Positions 11,165 to 24,116 of a stretch of 41,884 nt of DNA are shown here, one piece after another. The notes under the pieces were generated by a model. That model had not been told where the DNA came from, ran no database searches, and worked only from the letters and a program-made list of their open reading frames with translations. Within the stretch, counting starts at the first letter, position 1. Each line of letters begins with the position of its first letter. Source of the DNA: Malacoraja senta (Eukaryota); NCBI GenBank assembly GCA_038087875.1, contig JAXLNO010000152.1, positions 1 to 41,884 of the forward strand, read 5' to 3'. A program made the position numbers and the translations under genes.

Positions 11165-11390
11165 TAATATTGCAAAGTCAAAAAATAATGCTCCCAATTC
11201 ATGTAGTTCAGAGCTTATTTGGAGTTTGTAGTGTTTAATATCCTGATGGTTTCAAGGAAGAAGCGGTTCCTGAACCTGGACGTTACAGTTTTCAGGCTCC
11301 TGGACCTTCTTCCCGATGGCAGGGGTGAAATGAGTGCGTGGCCAGGGTGTTGTGGGTCTCTGACGATGCTGGCTTGAGGCAGCGACACTG
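11165..11390 (-). mobile_element. Rex1/Babar LINE 3' fragment
   Basis: HPGHALISPLPSGRRSRSLKTVTSRFRNRFF, homologous to the C-terminus at about 40700-40840. Confidence 0.75.
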
Positions 11391-11561
11391 GGACCCACAA
11401 CCTTCTAACTCTAGAGTGTTCAGGCTGAAATTAGGACACTTGGAATTGTTAACAGCAAGGCTGCAAGATGAGATATTTCCTATTAAATAGGAAATGGCAT
11501 CAATGTAGTCTTCAGGTTTCAGCTGAGTTTCTATAGAAGAGAAGTCAGTGAGGAATTAAAA

Positions 11562-11915
11562 CCTGGATGGAGTGGACGTGGAGAGGAAGTTTCCACTAGT
11601 GGGAGAGTCTAGGACCAGAGGGCACAGCCTCAGAATAAAAGGACGTACCTTTAGAATGGAGATGAGGAGGAATTTCTTTAGCCAGAAGGTGGTGAATCTG
11701 TGGAATTCATTGCCACAAGTAGGCTGTGGAGGACAAGTCGATGGATATTTTTAAGGCAGAGTTTGATAGATGCTTTATTAGTCCGGGTATCAGGGGTTAT
11801 GGGGAGAAGGCAGGAGAATGGGGTTAGGAGGGAGAGATAGATCAGCTTTGATTGAATGGCGGAGTAGACTTGATGGGTCGAATGGCCTAATTCTGCTCCT
11901 ATTACTTACGAACAT
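11562..11915 (+). mobile_element. CR1-like LINE 3' fragment
   Basis: DVERKFPLVGESRTRGHSLRIKG...WNSLPQ plus 3'UTR. Confidence 0.85.
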
Positions 11916-11940
11916 GAATGAGCCATAATCAAGTGGTGGA

Positions 11941-12084
11941 TAGACACAAAAAGCTGGAGTTTCGGGTCGAGACCCTTCATGTCACCCATTCCTTCTCTCC
12001 ACAGATGCTGCATGTCCCGCTGAGTTACTCCAGGTTTTTGTGTCTATTTTCGGTTTAAACCGGCATCTGCAGTTCCTTCTTACA
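11941..12084 (+). mobile_element. Penelope-like hairpin element (subfamily B, internally deleted)
   Basis: 17-bp TSD cataatcaagtggtgga / cataatcaaatggtgga. Confidence 0.75.
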
Positions 12085-12221
12085 CATAATCAAATGGTGG
12101 AACAGACTTGATGGGCCAAATGATCCAATTCTGCTCCTCTGTCTTAAGGACATAATATTAAGAAAGAAAAATGTTGTCTCAACGACTACAGGTGACTACA
12201 ATATTAATTTAATCATAATAG

Positions 12222-13066
12222 ATTTAGATTTAGATTTAGATATTTATTTGTTGTCGTTTGAACCTAAGTTCAAACGAAATTCTGTTTCTGCAGTCATACA
12301 AACAATTAAAAAAGACACAACACAATTTACACAAACATCCATCACAGTGAGTCTCCTCCTCACTGTGATGGAAGGCAAAGTCTTATCTCTCCCCTGCACT
12401 CCCCATTCTCCTCCCGATGTCAAAGTCAAAGCCCCCGGCGGGCGACTGTAAACATATCCCGCGGCCACCAAAGCCGCGCCGGGCGATGCCAGACCCCGCT
12501 CCGGGTCTCGATGTAGTAGCCCCCGGTAGCGCCAGCAAGTCTCATGGCCACCAATGCCGCACCGGGCGATGTTAGACCCAGCTCCAGGTCATCTTCAACC
12601 CCGCAACTCGGGCAGGAGTAGTTGCCGTTGCGGGAGCCCCGAAAAGCAGTCTCCCACCATGGACCCGCGGGCTCCCGATGTTACCATCCACCAGACCTGC
12701 GGCTGAAGCCTCCGAATCTCCGGGGTCGGGTAGCAGCAGCGCGCCACCACAGCTCCTCCCGCTCCGAAGTCGGCCAGCTCCACGATGGTGAGTAGTCCGC
12801 AGGCTCCGCGACTGGAGCCCCAGGTCGTTCCGGTTGGAGGCCGCTCCACGGTGCTAGGCCCCAACGACAACGGAGACCCGACAGAGAAAGGTCGGTTCTC
12901 CCGTGCAGGGAAAAGATTTTAAAAGTTTCCCCCTCCCCACCCCCCGCCCCCCGCCCCCCACACATACCCAGTTAAAAAAAACACTAAAAACAAAACTCAA
13001 ACGAAACAAAAAAAACAAAAAAGACAGACGGACTGCAGAGGCCGCTGCAACCAAGTCGCGCCGCCC
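12222..13066 (-). mobile_element. GC-rich non-coding non-autonomous retroelement with Rex1-like tail
   Basis: (gattta)n tail, terminal stem-loop, CpG-rich body with internal tandem units, T-rich 5' segment. Confidence 0.6.
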
Positions 13067-13067
13067 A

Positions 13068-13770
13068 ATAATAATCATAATCATACTTTATTAGCCAAGT
13101 ATGTTTTGCAACATACGAGGAATTTGATTTGCCATACAGTCATACCATTAAAAAGCAACAAAACACACAAAATACATTTTAACATAAACATCCACCACAG
13201 TGACTCCTCCACATTCCTCACTGTGATGGAAGTTGAAAAAAAAGTTAAATCTCTTCCCTTCTTTGTTCTCCCATGGTTGGGGGCCTCGAGCCTTCCGTTG
13301 ACGGGGCGATCTTGGCTCCCATAGCCGGCGGTCAGGCCCTCCGCGTCGGGGCGATCAAGCTCCTACATCGGGGGGATGTCAGCTCCCCCCGCGCCGGGCG
13401 ATCGGACCCCGGGTCGAAACTCCTGCAACTTTGGAGCTTCCCGACATCGGTCTCTACCCGAGACTGCGAGCTCCTCGATGGTGAAATCCCCAAGCAAGGG
13501 ATCGCAGGCTCCGATGGTAAGCCCACGGCCCCGCGGTGGGGCTCAAAGTCAGTCCCGAGCAAGGCCTCCAGCTCCACGATGCCAGGCCGCAGAGCGACCA
13601 GAGATACGATCCGGAAAACAATCGCATAAAGAAGTTTCCCCCGACCCCCTCCCCCACCCCCCCCACACAAAACAAACCAGAGACCATTAACGCAAACTCT
13701 TAAAACACACTAAAAAAACAAAAAAAGACGAAAAGGCAGACAGACTGTTGGCGAGGCTGCCATCGCGCAG
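13068..13770 (-). mobile_element. Second, related GC-rich non-autonomous retroelement
   Basis: Same layout as 12222-13066 (cacagtga...cactgtgatggaag stem; aaa...gacagac head), with an (aat/atc)n tail. Confidence 0.55.
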
Positions 13771-14544
13771 GTGTTAGAAGCATTGATTCAGATGTACAGT
13801 CATTTCTTTACTCCTCTTGCACTTTGTAGGTTATGCAGAAACAATCGTGGCCCTGTCATGTTTTGATACAGTTTATGCGAAGTTTAATGGCGTGTTAATT
13901 TTTCAAAGTTCAGATTTGCTTTTGTCCGTTGCCTGTGCTATTCAGGGCATGTTAGTGGAGGGTCTTCGATTGCAGGGAAGAGCACAATAGAGCGTGGGAT
14001 TAGTCCATAATCTCTGACTCATGTCTGTTTATACGCAAGTCAAATAGTGTTGATTCACAGCAAAATTTGAGTTCAGAATTCAGCTTTAATGTAACGGTAG
14101 CAGATTTTGATCTAACTTACAATGTTAAACGTAAACCTGTAAAGCCATGTTGTTAAAATCTATGGCAGTTAAATGATTAGCAGATTCCAAAGGTTATTTT
14201 TGCACTCAAAGGTTTATAATCCACACAATTTTCTTGATGTCCTCGTGCTATTTTGCCTCATTTGACATCAATTTTTATCACATCGTAACTTCTCTGGACG
14301 ATGCAGTTCTAATTGTGCCCTTTTTTATATATTAGATTTTACAGTATTCTGCAATTAATTATTGTTGACTCGCTCAACCCCATCGTTAGTCTGCAGAAGG
14401 GTCCCGACCCGAAACGTCACCACTCCATGTTCTCCGGAGATGCTGCCTGGCCCGCTGAGTTACTCCAGCACTTCGTGTCTTTGCTGACGATTCCAGTATC
14501 TGTCTTTCCTTACCTCTCTATTTTACTGCTCCACTGCAAATCGC

Positions 14545-14922
14545 CACCGTCGAAGGGGATCTATCGCAGTCGCTGCCTCAAAAAGGCAGCCAGCATCATC
14601 AAGGACCCACACCGTCCTGGCCACACACTCATCTCACCACTTCCATCGGGAATGAAGGTACAGGAGCCTGAAAACTGTAACGTCCAGGTTCAGGAACAGC
14701 TTCTTCCCCTACAGCCATCAGGCTATTAAACACTACAGCAAATAAGCTCCGAGCTCTGAACTGCAAAAGACTATATTAATACTGCACTATCTATTGAATT
14801 TTTTGTTCTCTTGCCCCGTTATGTACTCTGTTTACATATTCACACATTCTGTTGTGCTGCAGCAAGTAAGAATTTCATTGTCCCATCCGGGACATAGGAC
14901 AATAAAACACTCTGACCCTTGA
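14545..14922 (+). mobile_element. Rex1/Babar LINE 3' fragment
   Basis: [32 protein letters not shown]; 3'UTR as in 40850-41010. Confidence 0.8.
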
Positions 14923-15996
14923 ATCTCCTCCACGTATGCCTACTTTAAAGAAGTTCTGTTCCTCTCTCCTACGAGAGTTCTGTGCAACCCTCTCTCACCG
15001 CACTCCCTACGTTCATAAGGTATAGGAGAAGAATTAGGCTCATCAAGTCTACTCTAATGGAAATTTTTAGGGAGGAGATTGACAGATTCTTGATTAGTAC
15101 GGGTGTCAGGGGATACGGGGAGAAGGCAGGAGAATGTGGTTCGGAGGGAGAGATAGATCAGCCATGACTGAATGGCAGAGTAGACTTGATGGGCCGAATG
15201 GCCTAAGTTTGCTCCTAGAACTTAGGGAATGGGAGCATTTAAAAAAAATTAAAGCTCCTTAATCCGAGTTTGTTTTTAGTGGAAGAAATGACTAAATTTG
15301 AAGAAATTAAAACATGTAAGGTACATTACTTTAATTTAATTTAGGTTGATGATACAGCATGGAAACAGGACCCTACCGAGTCTACGTAAACTATCGATCA
15401 CCCACTCACACTAGTTCAGGAGAGTGTGTTATTGTCATATGTCCAGAAAGAGAACAATTCAATTCTTACTAGTGGCAGCAAAACAGCTTTGTAATATAAT
15501 ATATTGTAATATAATAAATTAATTAAGTTCAATAATGTTGTTTTAAACGCAATATAGTGCAAGAACAAAGGAAACCCAAAAGTCCATCGTGGAAACCAAG
15601 CAGTTTGTTGTAGGTAGTTTGGTTTACACCCCCCCCCTCTCCCATCAGGCGAGAGGTACAGAAGTGTGAAAACGCACACCTCCACATTCAGGGACACTTT
15701 CTTCCCAGCTGTTATCAGGCAACTGAACCATCCTCTATCCAACTAGAGAACCGTCCTGACTTGCCATCTCCTTCATTGGAGACCCTTGGTCTATCTTTAA
15801 TCGGACTTTATCTTCATATTATACCCTTTCATCTTTTATCTGTACACTGTGGACGGCTTGATTAGAATCATGTATAGTCATGGAGTCAAGGAAACAGGCC
15901 CTTCGGCCCAACTTGGCCACACCGGCCAACATGTCCCAGCTACACTAGTCCCACCTGCCTGCATTTGGTCCATATCTCTCCAAACCTGTCCTATCC

Positions 15997-16980
15997 AAGA
16001 GTCAAGAATCAAGAGTGTTTTATTCTCATGTGTCCCGGATGGGGCAATTGAAATTCTTACTTGCTGCAGCACAACAGAATATGTGAATATGTAAACATAG
16101 TACATAACGGGGGAAGAGAAAAAAAAAAGAAAAAGTTCAATAAATAACAAATATAGTGCAGTAATAATATTGTCTTTAGCAGTTCAGTGCTTATTTGCTG
16201 TAGTGTTTAATAGCCTGATGGCTGTGGGGAAGATGCTGTTCCTGAACCTGGACGTTACAGTTTTCAGGCTCCTGTACCTTCTGAAGCCCCTGTCCCACTG
16301 TATGAGGTAATTCAAGAGTTTTCCCAAGTTTTCCCCTGATTCGAACTCGGAGAATGTCTGTAGCGGGTGCGTAGGAGTTCGTGGATGTCTCGTAGCGGCT
16401 CGTAACGCTAACGGTAGGTACTCGGGACATCCGGTAAACTCGTGACGTTTTTTCATCCCTGCAAAAAAATGTCCACGAGTAAAAAAAATACTCGTGATGA
16501 AAAAAATTGTTCCTTTTTACTCGTACGAGCCGCTACGAGACATCCACGAACTCCTACTGACCCGCTACGGACATTCCCCGAGTTCGAACCAGGGGAAAAC
16601 TCGGGAGAACTCTTGAATTACCTCGTACAGTGGGACAGGGACCTTACTGATGGCAATGGTGAGATGCGTGTGTGGCCAGGATGGTGTGGGTCCTTGATGA
16701 CTTTGGCTGCCTTTTTGAAGCAGCGACTGCGATAGATCCCTTCGCCGGTGATGGACTGGGCAGTGGTCACAACTTTTTGTCGTCTTTTCCGCTCCTGGGC
16801 GTTCAAGTTGCCGAGCCAGGCCACGATGCAACCAGTCAGAATGCTCTCTACCGTGCACCTGTAGAAGTTTAGGAGAATCCTCTTCGACATGCTGAATCTC
16901 CGTAATCTTCCCAGGAAGTAGAGTCGCTTATAATTGCATCAGTGTGCCGGGTCGAGGAAAGTTCTTCGGAAATATGCACG
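15997..16980 (-). mobile_element. Rex1/Babar LINE fragment interrupted by a MITE
   Basis: [18 protein letters not shown]...; (caagagt)n tail. Confidence 0.8.
16285..16643. mobile_element. PIF/Harbinger-type MITE
   Basis: Long TIR cctgtcccactgtatgaggtaattcaagagtt / aactcttgaattacctcgtacagtgggacagg; related to 32900 and 35873 copies. Confidence 0.85.
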
Positions 16981-17344
16981 TCCATGTACCGTAGTCTTTT
17001 CTTTGACTGGATAGCAAGCAACAAAAGCCTTTCGCTGTAGGTCATTGCACATGACAATATTAAACTTAAACAGTCTAGTCGTCTTTGACCTGATAGCATA
17101 CGACGAAAGCTCGGTACACGTGGTAATAATAAACTGAAGTCCTCAGCCTCCTGCACTCCAAGGAATTAAAGTCCTAGCCTGCTCATCCTCTCCCTATAGC
17201 TCAGTCCCTCGAGTCCTGGCAACATACGTTTGCTCAGAATCACCCAATGCCAATTGGGGCAGAACCACGCCAAAATATTAAAGCCTGAAGTGACTCCACT
17301 GTAAAAATGTTCGGTAGGAATTCTTGCAGAGTCCACAAGTTGAC

Positions 17345-17848
17345 AAGTTATAGGTGTAGAATTAAGCCATTCGGCCCATTGACTCAATTCAATCATGGCT
17401 GATCTCTGCCTCCTAATCCCATTTTCCTGCCTTCTCCCCATAACCCTTGACACCCATTTTAACCAAGAATTTGTCTATCTCTGCCTTAAAAATAGCCACT
17501 GGCTTGGCTTCCACAGCCCTCTGTGGCATTGAGCTCCACAGATTAACTACCCTCTGACTAAAGTAGTTCCTCCTCACCTCCTTTCTAAATGAGCGCCCTT
17601 TAATTCTGAGGCTGTGACCTGTGGTCCTAGACTCTCCCACCAGTGGAAACATCCTCTCCACATCCACTCTATCTCTGCCTTTCATTATTCTGTAAGTTTC
17701 AATGAGGTCCCCTCCCTCAACCTTCTAAACTCCAGCGAGTACAGGCCCAGTGCCGTCAAACGCTCATCATAAGCTGACCCACTCATTCCTGGAATCATTC
17801 TTGTAAACCTCCTCTGGACCCTCTCCACAGCCAGTACATCCTTCCTCA
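17345..17848 (-). mobile_element. CR1-like LINE 3' fragment
   Basis: LRKDVLAVERVQRRFTRMIPGM...; frameshifted. Confidence 0.85.
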
Positions 17849-18481
17849 GAGTACGGAGTTTGTACGTTCTCCCCGTGATCTGCGCGGGTTTTCTCCGAGA
17901 TCTTCGGGTTCCTCCCACACTCCAAAGACGTACAGGTTTGTAGGTTAATTGGCTTGAATTAATTGGCTTGATAAAAATGTAAAAATTGTCCAAGTTGGCG
18001 ATATGCAGAGTACTGCCCTGCCGACTACAAAATTCAGAACGTTCAAAAGGTATAGGGCCCAAAATTGCTCGCAGTACTCCAAAGAGTGGCGCAGGGCAGC
18101 ATTCTGACTCGCCCTCTAGACTTATGAGTCCCATCTCCGCTGTAATTCCCAATAGTAGTAACAAGGAGAGTAAATCCAATGTATCGAACAGTGAACGGGC
18201 TGACAAGGCATCTACTGCGCAACATGACACCTCGAGAAATCCTTTCCCTGCACTCAGTTCCTCCTCTGCCAATTCCAGGCCTAATGGAAGACTAACTATT
18301 CCTCCCTCTCACTGTGTTGAAACGTGAGGCCTAAGTAGGTGGTCTGGAGACAGAGTGCTCTCGCTGCAGAATATGATCTTAATATGGGGCAATGTGTTGT
18401 GCAAACATTGTATTAACCCTGGAATATAATGCACTGCATTTCTAATTAGTGAATGGACTGTCAGCAGTCATAACACCAGTC

Positions 18482-18820
18482 GGGTATAAAATCATGAGAG
18501 GAATAGATCGGGTAGATGCACAGAGACTCTTGCCCAGAGTAGGGGAGTCGAGGACCAGAGGACATAGGTTTAAAGTGAAGGGGGAAAGATTTAATAGGAA
18601 TCTAAGGAGTAACCTTTCCATACAAAGGGCGGTGGGTGTATGGAACGAGCTGCCAGAGGAGGTAGTTGAGGCAACGTTTAACAAACGGTTAGACAAGTAC
18701 ATGGATAGGACAGGTTTGGAGGGATATGGACCAAGCGCAGGCAGGTGGGACTAGTGTAGCTGGGGCATGTTGGCCGGTTTGGGCAAGTTGGGCCGAAGGG
18801 CCTGTTGTATGACCATGACT
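18482..18820 (+). mobile_element. CR1-like LINE 3' fragment (second subfamily)
   Basis: YKIMRGIDRVD...ESRTRGHRFKVKG...WNELPEEVVEA. Confidence 0.8.
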
Positions 18821-19204
18821 CTAATTGCAAGTTTAGTTTCTTGTCACGTGTGCCGAGGTACAGTGAAATACTTGTCTGTTGTGTTCCATCCACTCTGCGG
18901 AAAGGCTATACATGATTACAATCGAACCGTCCACAATGTACAAGCATAGGATAAAGGAAATTAAGTTTAGTGCAAGGTGAAGTCTGATTTAAGACAGCCT
19001 GAGGCTCTCCGATGAGGTAGATGGTGGATGGTAGATCAGGACTCCAGTTAAAGTGTAAAGGAGCTTCAATATTTTATCCTTCAGTCCACATATTACAGTC
19101 ATGGGGTAAAGGGAATAACGTCTTGTGCAATTAAAGATAGTCCGAGAGTCTCCAAGATGTAAATTGGAAAGAGGACCTTCAGCCCATCAAATGATCCTCT
19201 AGTG

Positions 19205-19660
19205 GTTGGGTTAACATATGATGAGCGTTTGAAGGCACAGGGCCTATACTCGCTGGAGTTTAGAAGGATGAGTGGACTCCTCATTGAAACTTGCCGAATA
19301 GTGAAAAGCCTGGATAGAGTGGATGTGGAGAGGATGTTTCCCCTAGTGGGAGAGTCTAGGACCAGAGGACATCACCTCAGAATTAAAGGACGTAGCTTTA
19401 GAAAAGAGATGAGAAGGAATTACTTTACTCAGAGGGTGGTGAATCTGTGGAACTCATTGCCACAGAAGGCTGTGGAGGCCAAGTCAGTGGATATTTTTAA
19501 GGCCGAGATTGACAGATTCTTGATTAGTACGGGTGTCAGGGGTTATGGGGAGAAGGCAGGAGAATGGGGTTGAGCGGGAGAGATAGATCAGCCATGATTG
19601 AATGGTGGAGTCGACTTGATAGGCCGAATGGCTTAATTCTGCTCCTATAACTCATGAAGT
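19205..19660 (+). mobile_element. CR1-like LINE 3' fragment
   Basis: ORF 19202-19573 matches the CR1 ORF2 C-terminus. Confidence 0.85.
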
Positions 19661-20579
19661 TATCAATTCCCCTCATGATTTTAAACACCCCTCTATACAA
19701 TCACCCCTTAGCCTCCTGCGCTCCAAGGAATAAAGCCCTAGCTCGTCCAATCTCCCCCTGTAGCTCAGGGCCTCGAATCCAGGCAAACAGTGTTTAGTTT
19801 TTTGAGGGCCGCATTTTCCCATCAACCGATAAGCAGCTTTAAATAAGTGGGGGGGTTTTCCCCCTCTTTTTTGGGTTTCAATCATTTTGCCTGATGAGGA
19901 TTTTTAATGTGGCTGGAAAATTAAATTTAAATCAATTTAATAAATGAACATGATCAGTCCAAGTCTTCAACTTGAATTTCAACATTTCTACCTAATGGAG
20001 TTCTTATTACACAGCTTGAGCTAAATGTATTGTAATGACCTGTTTATTGCATTGACTTTCAAACACATTATTATTAGGTGGTATGAGTTCGTCTCTGAGA
20101 GCCTTATGCAAATCTGTTAATACATAAGACTACAAGAAGCCTCTTACGTTGGGAGCAGGTTAGACAGAAGACATCAGATTAATATTTGATCATGAAGAAG
20201 GGCTCTTAATCAGATTTAGTTATTTTACAGCTGAGTGTTTCTGCAATTATAATAATTGTTGTTCTAAATATGTTGTTTATCTTTTATCTGTGGCTTTGAG
20301 TATAATCTGGCATCTTAAAGCCTTCTCAGTGATGAGGCCTGGGGTTCAGAGGTTTGCACACAAACCCAATTAATATCGCAACCATAGTCTCTGATGACTC
20401 CAGTAACTGGGCGGAATGTGCTTCCTGTTTAAGTGGAAAACCACTTGACTTATCACGATCGGCTAGCGGGGCCTCTCAAATTCAATAACCCCGTCCTCAA
20501 GAAACTCACCAATCCTCGGAGGGATGAACTTAAGATCGGACAAGTATACGTTAGGAACGGGAAGGTTGGTTTAGTGTTT

Positions 20580-21262
20580 TGTTTCGTCGGGCTTTGGTAT
20601 ATTTTTAGAGATACAGTGCAGAAACGGGCCCTTTGGCCCGCTGAGTCCGCGCCGACCAGCGATCCCCGCACATCGACGCCAGCCCCAAACACACTGAGGA
20701 CAACTTTCCACTCATACCGGGCCAATTAGCCTACAAACCTGCACGCCCTTGGAGTGCGGGAGGAAACCGAAGATCTCGGAGAAAACCCACGCAGGTCACG
20801 GGGGGGGGAGAACGTACAGACAAGCACCCGTAGTCAGGATGGAACCCCGGGTGTCTGGCGCTGAGGCAGCAAGTCTACCGCTGCGCCACCATGTCCCCAT
20901 TGGATGGTTGCAGACTTATTCCATCCAAGTTAAAAAGGAACCTACAACACATCAGGAGATACAGCATGAGATTTGCTTCAGGGGTATTCTGCTCCATTAA
21001 TGATTCTTTTTTGAAACTTTCTTGGTTTATTAGTTTAGAGATACAGCGCGGAAACAGGCTCGTTGTCCCACAGAGCCTTCAGTGACCAGCGATACCTGCA
21101 TAGTTACACCACCCTACCCACACTGGGGGACAATTTAACATTCATACCAAGCCAATTAGCCTGCAAGCCTGCACAGTACATCTTTGGAGTGTGGGGGGAA
21201 CCCGAAGATCCCGGAGAAAGCCCACGCGGGTCACGGGGGAGAAGGTACAAACTCCGTACACA
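20580..21262 (-). mobile_element. Two HE1-like SINE copies (about 20580-20892 and 21030-21262)
   Basis: Reverse complement of the SINE tail and core. Confidence 0.7.
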
Positions 21263-21276
21263 GCCTCAGAGAACGT

Positions 21277-21465
21277 GTTCAAGAAGGAACTGCAGATGCT
21301 GGAAAAATCGAAGGTAGACAAAAATGCCGGAGAAACTCAGCGGGTACGGCAGCATCTATGGAGCGAAGGAAATAGGCAACGTTTCGTCCCGAAACGTTGC
21401 CTATTTCCTTCGCTCCACAGATGCTGCCGCACCCGCTGAGTCTCTCCACCAGAATTTTTTGTCAA
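21277..21465 (-). mobile_element. Penelope-like hairpin element (subfamily A)
   Basis: 13-bp TSD cctcagagaacgt / cctcagagaaggt. Confidence 0.75.
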
Positions 21466-21522
21466 CCTCAGAGAAGGTACAATCTCGGAGAAAGCCCACG
21501 CAGCCAGACTTGCTGCCTGACC

Positions 21523-21763
21523 ATATGAACATTGAATTCTCCCAATTCTGCTAGCCCTTGCTGTCCCCTCCCCTTCATCAGCCATCTGGTTGTCTCCTCC
21601 CCTCCCCCAGCCCTCGGGCTCCTCCTCTGCATTTTTCCTTTTTTCCTTTCTTCTCCCCACCCCCTATCAGTCTGAAGAAGGGTTTCGGCCCGAAACGTTG
21701 CCTATTTCCTTCGCTCCATAGATGCTGCTGCACCCGCTGAGTTTCTCCAGCATTTTTGTGTAC
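21523..21763 (+). mobile_element. 5'-truncated Penelope-like insertion (ORF end, 3'UTR, hammerhead-like core)
   Basis: MNIEFSQFC* end; core at 21672-21700; perfect 14-bp TSD cttgctgcctgacc. Confidence 0.8.
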
Positions 21764-22334
21764 CTTGCTGCCTGACCTGCTGTGTCTACCTGTGGTTTCC
21801 TCGTTTCCCCGATTTGACCCTGATTCGATGATTCAAAGGAAAGACGTGTTTTTTTTTTTTACCCCTTCCATCACCAAACAGCAGTGTATTGGCCTGGTAT
21901 CATAATCATAAAATCTAATCAGCGTTTGACCTCGTGGACTACTGCACTCCCTTCTCACTGTGGAGCTCGGAGAATTCGAGTTCATCAAATACGTTTTAAT
22001 TATGTAGTTTGAGAGGGGAGATGATTACATGTTGGCGTCACATTAATAAAATCAATAGTAGTTTGTATCTCGCGTGGAAAAATAAAAAAATGCCAGGACA
22101 GGCAAGATTAGCAAAAGCTGATATTGGAAATGACCACTGCAGATGCATTCGGAGAAACCGAGTAATGGGAAAATAAAGAACTACCGCAATATTAAATAGC
22201 GTAAAATGAATGAGTTGATTTAATTTGAGGCTAAGCCGGTGATTGATTGCGGTTGTGCAGTGTAAGAAGGGAGGCAGAGTCGTAATATGATCACCATGCT
22301 AGTGGGGAAAACCATGCTGCTAATACAGCTGTAC

Positions 22335-23040
22335 GGCGGCGCAGCGGGTGGAGCTGCTGCCTCACGGCACCGGGGACCCGGATCCAATCCTGACAATAGA
22401 CAATAGGTGCAGGTGTAGGCCATTCGGCCCTTCGAGCCAGCACCACCATTCAATGTGATCATGGCTGACCATCCCCAATCAGTACCCCGTTCCTGCCTTC
22501 TCCCCATATCCCCTGACTCCACTATTTTTAAGAGCCCTATCTAGCTCTCTCTTGAAAGTATCCAGAGAACCGGCCTCCACCGCCCTCTGAGGCAGAGAAT
22601 TCCACAGACTCACCACTCTCTGTGTGAAAAAAGTGTTTCCTCGTCTCCGTTCTAAATGGTTTATCCCTTATTCTTAAACTGTGGCCCCTGGTTCTGGACT
22701 CCCCCGACATCGGGAACATGTTTCCTGCCTCTAGCGCGTCCAAACCCTTAATAATCTTATATGTTTTAATAAGATCCCCTCTCGTCCTTCTAAATTCCAG
22801 CGTGTACAAGCCTGACCTCGGGTGCTCTCTCCGTGGAGTTTGCACGTTCTCTCCATGACCGCGTGGGTTTCCTCCCTCATCCCAAAGACGTGCGGGTTTG
22901 TAGGTTAAGTGGCCTTCTGTAAGAACTGCCCCTAGTGTGTAGGAAATGGATGAGAAAGTGGGATAACACAGAGCTAGTGTGAATGGGTGATCGATGGTCA
23001 ACGTGGGCCAAAGGGCCTGTTTCCATGCTGTATCTCTAAG
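22335..23040 (+). mobile_element. HE1-like SINE split by an antisense CR1 fragment (22393-22810)
   Basis: cctgac duplicated at both junctions; CR1 C-terminus on the minus strand. Confidence 0.75.
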
Positions 23041-23427
23041 ATGCTGCCCGACCCAATACTTTCTGCTTTTGTTTAAAAGGAAACAGTCATCAGGATTAAA
23101 CTCTTAAGAAGTGAACTAGTGTGACCGGGTAATCGATGGTCGGCATGGACACAGTGGGCCGAAGGGCCTGATTCCATGATGCATCTCCGAACTCAACTCA
23201 AGGTAAATTGCCCCCTAGTGTGCAGGGGAATGGTTTAGCATCGGTGAGTTGATGAGAATGTGGGGAGAATAAAGAGGAATGAGTGTAGATGGTGGTTGAT
23301 AGTCGGCATGGATTCGGTGGGACGAAGGGCCTGTTACCATGCTATAGCTGGAAACTAAAGAGACACTGCCGGTTCTTTTGACAAGAAATGCCATCCTTTT
23401 CCAATTAGCTACAACGTTTAACTTCAT

Positions 23428-23785
23428 AAGATCATAAGGGATAGGAGAAGAATTAGGCCATTTGGCCCATCATGTCTACTCCACCATGGCTGATCTATCT
23501 CTCCCTCCTAAGCCCATTCTCCTGCCTTCCCCCCATAACTCCTGACACCCGTACTAATCAAGAATCTATCTTATCTCTGTTTTAAAAATATCCATTGATG
23601 GCCTCCACAGCCTTCTGTGGCAAAGAATCCACAGATTCACCACCCGCTGACGAAATAAATTCCTCCTCATCTCCTTCCAAAATGAACGTTCTTTAATTCT
23701 GTGGCTATGACCTCTAGTCCTAGACTCTCCCACTGGTGGAAACATCCTCTCCACATCCACTCTATCCAGGCCTTTCGCTATTCAG
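23428..23785 (-). mobile_element. CR1-like LINE 3' fragment
   Basis: DVERMFPPVGESRTRGH... Confidence 0.8.
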
Positions 23786-24116
23786 CAACTTAATACAGAC
23801 TACAACGCCTGATTATCTGCACTATATTTTACCGTGAGAGTCTATCTCAACTCTCAGGACTGGACAGGAGAGTATCTTTCAGTGTGGACTTTACTTGATG
23901 CATCCATTGAGGGGTTTTTTTGTTGCCACATTGCATGCATCATTCTCCAGCTTCCCAATAAATCCATGTCTGTGGATTCCTCAGTTGCGGAATGTCCAAT
24001 TTTCCGTAGGTAATGGGCTGATAGAGTCCTGGAGTCAAAGTGTCATACAGCGTGGAAACAGGCCCTTCGGCCCAACTTGCCCGCACCAACCAACATGTCC
24101 CATCTGAACTAGTCCC

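Noticed and set aside
12595..13690. CpG island/promoter and overlapping GC-rich ORFs
   Set aside because: The sequence lies within repeat elements with retroposon tails; the ORFs follow from GC content.
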